From positions 236,840,001 to 236,904,000 of the forward strand of contig OZ024740.1 of assembly GCA_964016885.1 (NCBI GenBank): DNA of 64,000 nucleotides, given 5' to 3'. Shown one piece after another: positions 58,201 to 64,000 of the stretch; within the stretch, counting starts at the first letter, position 1, and each line of letters opens with the position of its first letter. Under the pieces are notes generated by a model, which had not been told where the DNA came from, did no database searches, and was given only the letters and a program-made list of their open reading frames with translations. The translations under genes were made by a program, and so were the position numbers. This DNA is from Eledone cirrhosa (Eukaryota).

Positions 58201-58880
58201 GGATGATAGTATTTCTAATTCCACTCAATTAAAAATTTTTTTTTTTACAAAGAAAAATATTGATATAGATTGGAGAGAATTATGAATGAGATATCTTTAA
58301 AGATAATGCTTACAATTAGGTTTTTATGATTTGGAATGTAAGAGGAAGAATTGGTCTGAATGAAAATAAAGTTATATACATTTGACTAATAATGCACAGT
58401 GAACTGAAATAGCTATCTTATTTAGTCAAACTAATAATCCATGTTTTTCAACTTAGCTGACAAAATCACTCAGAGATGGAATTGAACCTATTGCTAGAGC
58501 CCTTGGTTCGGAGATCACACCATCTATCTAAGTATATTAGCCAAAGTTATAAGAAATATCATAAGAAGAGAATATGCTATTAAAGTTTGGCAAATATTTG
58601 CTAAATGTCTGGTGTCTACATTGAAATAATTTGTGACAGCTCAATAACTTTGAATGACTTCAAAATCAAATCAAAAGTAAATTGTTCCTGAAGAGAACAA
58701 AGCATTGATGGTAAATATCAGCTAATTATTGTTATTATTCTACAAAATATTGCAATACCAGAAGGCTTATAAAAAAATCATGTTTAAATAGTTAATGTTA
58801 TATAATTATGAGAAAAGAACCGGTTTTGAAATCAATTCAGGCAATGATGTCAGAATATAAGGACTTTTAGTTAAACTTAC

Positions 58881-58928
58881 TGATTCAATACCAAGCTCCA
58901 ATACAGAAGTGGTGAACAGCCAATAAAT
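58881..58928 (-). CDS. candidate 48-nt cassette micro-exon of AP1AR
   Basis: gtttctatattag|ATT...TCA|gtaagt; phase 0-0 matching its host intron; encodes IYWLFTTSVLELGIES. Consensus donor site, but no homology support. Confidence 0.3.
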
Positions 58929-60929
58929 CTAATATAGAAACAGACTTGACCAAAATACTTAACAGGAATTACTGAAATAATTAACAATAACAAGTAACTT
59001 ATAACTTTTAGGTCAGTAATTCACTGATGTAAAATCTACTGCAATGCAACTATCACAAGGAAGATAGATTCTGTGTAGTTACTGCAGCAGTTCAATAGGT
59101 TTAATACATCTTTTACATGTTCTTTTACTATTTATTTATGTAATATTACATCAGGACAACATATATTAAAGACAGAAATAGTAATGAATAGAATGTTGGT
59201 TGAAAGCTTCAGACAATAATATCCCTCCATGTCAAACATCTGCCCAAGAAACCTAACCAACTATTAACAACAGCACAAGCCAATAAGAGAATCTCTATAC
59301 AGTCACCCATCTATTAGAAATAGCAGCCAAATCTCCTCCAAACTATACCCTGCTACTTTAGAAAGGGATATATTGCATAATATAATCAATGGTACATTAT
59401 TTTTCAAAATATGATGGGATAGTTCTTGGGTTTATTCAACCAGGGCGAATTTGGAGATAAACAAGATTTCAAGCTGGATTTACAATTTTGAAATTTCATA
59501 TCTTGCAAACAGAATCTCATTCCTGAATTAAATGTAAAAGTCATTGCAAAATTATGCATAATAAATCTTCCATGTTAGTGTAACATTAATTCCCCAAACA
59601 TTTTTCACAACCTTATTCAGACTCTCTCAATATATATAGCTGAGATTATCTATTCCAATATTCATATCATCATAAGATATCTCTTCAATAACTACCATTA
59701 CATGTACATAAAAACATTAGTAATCTACAGAAATTACCATTTTCTACTACCATGTATCCATACCATCATAATTTACCTATACTACAACTATCATATGCCC
59801 ACACAACCATCACTTTTATTCTAGCTAACATCTACTATCATCATATATACATACCACCATCACCTATCTCTACTATAACTACCATTCACTAACATCAAAT
59901 GATCATACCATCATCTGCAACTATTGCATCAACTAGCATCCACAAATAATCATATGTCTATATCACATGTTTATAACCCATTGCAACTCAGATAATTTAT
60001 TTTCTCTCAAGTCAGACTACCCTTTAGATTCTCCCTGTATATCCAATTTAATCCTGTTGTAAACATCAGGGGGAAATTGTGATCGTTCATTTCAGTTCAA
60101 TAGGCAAAATATTAAAAGCCAACCAAGCTACAGTGATCAGAAATATTAGGAGTGGTTTTCAAAAGAGTTCTTTTGGCTGATTATTACGTTTTTGATCCCT
60201 CAACTGTGACTTAACATAGAGACAGCATGCTGAATCCCACTGTCCTACCAATTTTCATGGTGTGTTACATAAAATCAAACTACCATCAAAATTAGCAACA
60301 GTAAACTACCAATCCAAAGAGTGCTTCAGATATGCTCAACCATGAATAGCCACTTTAGATGAACTATAACTTGATTCTGATAAATGTTTAGCATCAGCTA
60401 TAAGCATTGTTGATTGTATTGATATAGTGAAGGGGAATTTCAGCTATATTGATAATTTACCTGAAATACTACTGCATATATTTCAGTTAAACAATCATAA
60501 AAAAATGATCAAAGGCACATCAGTGCAGTTAAAATGTGATAGTCCTGACAATAAAAATATTTGATTCCTCTTTGAATCTTTTGATTCGGACAATTACATT
60601 GTAAGTATTGCATTTTTTGCTGATACAATGCAATACAAATACTTAGGAGTCTGTGTCTGAAACAAAACTTCTATAGAATAATAGAATAATAATAATAAGA
60701 GATAATTAAGTAACTATAATAATATACCAAAACCCTGTCATATTCTTTAAATTAAGATACTGATTGTGAGTATAGACCTGTAACACCTGGTGAAGTCATT
60801 GGGGCACCATTGTGATATATGGTGTTTCTTGGTAATTTTTTTAATCTAGTGGAGCTCATCCCTTTTTCATGTCTGATCACAGCCAATTTCTTCCAGAGAG
60901 GAAGCGAGAAAGAGATATAGAGGAAGAAT

Positions 60930-61080
60930 CAATCCCAGTACTGGACTAGTACTTCATTTATCAACCTCGAAAGGATGAAAGGTAAAGTTGACCTCAGCGA
61001 AATTCTAACTCAGAGTACAGAAAACCAGAATGAATACCTCAAAGCATTCTATCCAATGTTCTAACAGCTATGCCAAGTTG
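60930..61080 (-). mobile_element. older SINE family A copy
   Basis: Family A central domain gaaaggatgaaaggtaaagttgacctc. Confidence 0.75.
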
Positions 61081-61622
61081 CTACAAAGTAAGAAGAAAAT
61101 CAGAAAAGTACAAAAACAGGTTTATGTAGCATATCAGAAAATCAAAATTTAGCACTACAGGATTTTATCAACTAAAAAGACCCACATACAAAAGAAAAAA
61201 ACAACAACACATTTTCAGTAATGAGGTATTCTTTTTTTATGCCTCTTTAAGCAAATTTAGTTAGTTCCTGCAGAGTAAAGGTGGCCAATATTTGAAATTT
61301 TTTTTTAACAAACTAGATTTATTTAGGATTTATTGCAGTTGCCTTTTTTATGTATATAAATATTCATATTTAATGTTAAGCAAGGTGTATTTTGACATGT
61401 AATTTCTACTAGATGATAAAGTTATAATTGTAATAGTTTATCTCTCCGCATTTATATATCCACAAGTTAAAACGACCAGTTATGTATATGTGTGTGAGTA
61501 AGGTTAGTGATGTTTAAAAAAGGGAAGACAGAAAAGCAGAATATATGAAACCCACCACCATAAAACATCAGAACAGCATGGAAGAGACAGCATGGTGAAG
61601 TAAAAATACACCAAAACATTAC

Positions 61623-61716
61623 CTGTGCTTCAATCTCAGCATCATTATTGTGCTCTTCAATGAGAGCCCTATAGTGTTTCTCAGTTAAAAGTTGTTTCTC
61701 ATTGTCAGTCAGGGGC
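61623..61716 (-). CDS. AP1AR: AP1AR/gadkin-like coding exon (most 5' exon found; upstream exons presumably beyond the window)
   Basis: tgtgtag|G CCC CTG...GCA CAG|gtaatg; 94 nt, phase 2 to 0. Encodes (R)PLTDNEKQLLTEKHYRALIEEHNNDAEIEAQ, which matches my recollection of vertebrate gadkin RPLTEEEIVDLRERHYDSI. Confidence 0.88.
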
Positions 61717-62787
61717 CTACACATAGACAGGTTGGATAAATAAAACACCAAAAGCAAAACAAATGCACAATATAATATAAACAAAAATTATATTGAAAAA
61801 TATATAATGAAGTATACATGTTTACTACATGTAATAATAAAAATTCACTACATGTGCTGAAGACAGAAATACATACAATAAGCAGTGTTAGATTGATACT
61901 ATATACATATTTTTTTATTTTGCCTTTCATGATCTGCTAATAATTCTAGTGAGGATTGTAATTCATTGAACATAGTCTGAAGTAATGTAGAATCTTCAAA
62001 TAAGAATGGTGAATAATTTTGATGATATATTATCCAGTTGTTATAAAATGCTGTTGACTAGCAACAAAATGTTTACCTTTACTCAAGATTTAAAAAAAAA
62101 AAAAAAAATCAAAACAGGTTTGTTCTTACATTCAATAAAAATAATTCCATTAATCATAGGGTAGTTAGTATTTTCAAAGGTACAATATCTCAGAATAGAT
62201 TTTGTTACACTTGGTATATAAAAAGAAGCACCACTGATGATATAATTATAACTTCAAAAAATTTACCAAAATAAATTTATCTCAAATTCAAAGCTTTTTC
62301 AGAACCAAGAATCCCTAAACAACATGTGAATTTCAATGTTTTTTTCTATCAGTTCTTTTAAATATCATTACCAAAATAAGTCTATTAGATGAGTAATTAT
62401 GTATGATGTAATGATTCGTTTGCATCAGAGTCTCAGCAACTTAAAAATTATTATTTCAACAAGAAGATGATTGCCTTTAAATGTCACTTTGCCTAGTTTA
62501 TGCTCGGGTGCACTCTTCCTACATATATATATCAGGCTTCTGCATGTTTTTTATCAATTAAATTCCATGTGAAAGATCAACCCAAGTTTACAACATAAGA
62601 CACTATCCTGAAATGAGATTGAACCCAAGCATTTGTGAAGCCAATCCCTTAAATATATAGCTATGTCTGCACCTATGATTACATTACCTTCCTAGAGGTA
62701 AATATTCTATTTGAACTGCTGAATATATATATATATATATATACACATATCCATGTTAGCATGGAAAATAGACGTTAATGAATGATG

Positions 62788-62820
<33 letters not shown>

Positions 62821-64000
62821 TGCACCTGCACAGACATGGCTATGTGGTTGATATGTATATATGGCTTTATATAAGTCCTGTCGAGTTTAACTGAATGAAA
62901 CAGCACTAGTCCTGTAGAAGACATTTATTGTTGAAATAAATCATAATATATATAAGCGATAGGAAAGAGTATATGGAGACTGAAAAATAGACTATATCAA
63001 TGATACACACCTAACGTGTGTATTAATTCCCATATCTGATACACTCATATAGAAGACTCTGATTCAATAGTAGCTAGATGAAATAGAGGAAACAAAGATT
63101 GCTATTATCTCAAAACCACTTCATATTTCCTTCTCTCTGTGAACTAACAAAAGCAATTGAACATTGTTGAGACTTGTTTCACCTGTAACATCTTTTTTGA
63201 TGTCAACGGCTGTGGCTAAGTATGAGCACACACTGTAATATCTTTATTCTAATCTACTGTAGCTTGCAGCTGCAGTTTATTTCCTAAATAATTTCCCAAC
63301 TCTATTGAAACAAACATTAGCCTCGGCATAACACAAAATACACTACTCCTCTCTCTATGGTTAGGAGTAATTACTTGATTAGAAGACTGACACACAATAT
63401 GCTATCAAGAGGCTTCCCAGGGGATTAGACTATTATTTTTATTTAGTCCTTAGGTCAGCCTTGGCCTAGCAGGCCATTTTTAACACAGTAGGATGAAATT
63501 CAGTTATTTTCATCAGAGATTCCCTGATATAATGTAGTTTATTATGACAATACAATTAGATAAAGCAAACATTATGAGGTTGAGTATAACAATTTTAAAT
63601 TTAAGCTATGAAATACAACAGTTTCTTTTTGTTTTATGGCTTAATCAGCAGGGTAGATTGTGTTTATGACCTCTGTACCCCACTAGACTGATTAGCTCAA
63701 TGCAGTTTATGATCAATTTTAAAATCTGTAATGTATGTAGGTTGCATGTGTGTGATATTTGTCTATGACCACTTGTGAATGACATAAACGAGCAAGTTCC
63801 CAGTGGATCTAATTCCATGGAATCCATATTAATGAGTGATACACCAAGCAAGTCATTGACTTACAAGAGGAAGTTTGTGAAATATAACTAAACCTGGACA
63901 TGCCAGTATTGAGTGTGTGGGTCAGAGAAACCCATACCTTTCTATGGAAGGTATACAAATGATTACAGAGAGATAGAGAGAGAGAAGAGAAGAGAGAGAG

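Noticed and set aside
63183-63215. Possible upstream AP1AR micro-exon (ttag|...cag|gtgaa)
   Set aside because: The frame required by the phase-2 acceptor at 61716 contains TGA, and there is no gadkin similarity.

Overview
AT-rich animal genomic DNA; the tRNA-derived SINE families and LINE mix look like those of octopus/coleoid cephalopods (inference). One spliced protein-coding gene runs on the minus strand: an AP1AR/gadkin (AP-1 complex-associated regulatory protein) orthologue. Five phase-consistent coding exons lie at 61623-61716, 45109-45275, 43726-43808, 38024-38125 and 17877-18067; the N-terminal exons were not found in the window. Two candidate in-frame cassette exons lie at 58881-58928 and 42819-42950. 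The rest is repeats: about 30 copies of one tRNA-SINE family, R4/Dong-like, RTE and CR1/Jockey-like LINE relics, a decayed Penelope-like GIY-YIG fragment, hAT, Tc1/mariner and piggyBac MITEs, and microsatellites. The most striking region is 6.7-13.6 kb. It holds two sequence-unrelated, near-perfect palindromes (6749-7137 and 9652-10132), each with a minimal type I hammerhead ribozyme motif in both arms and a one-sided tail, embedded in about 6 kb of strand-polarised degenerate (TA)n arrays. These look like non-autonomous Penelope-type fold-back ribozyme elements.
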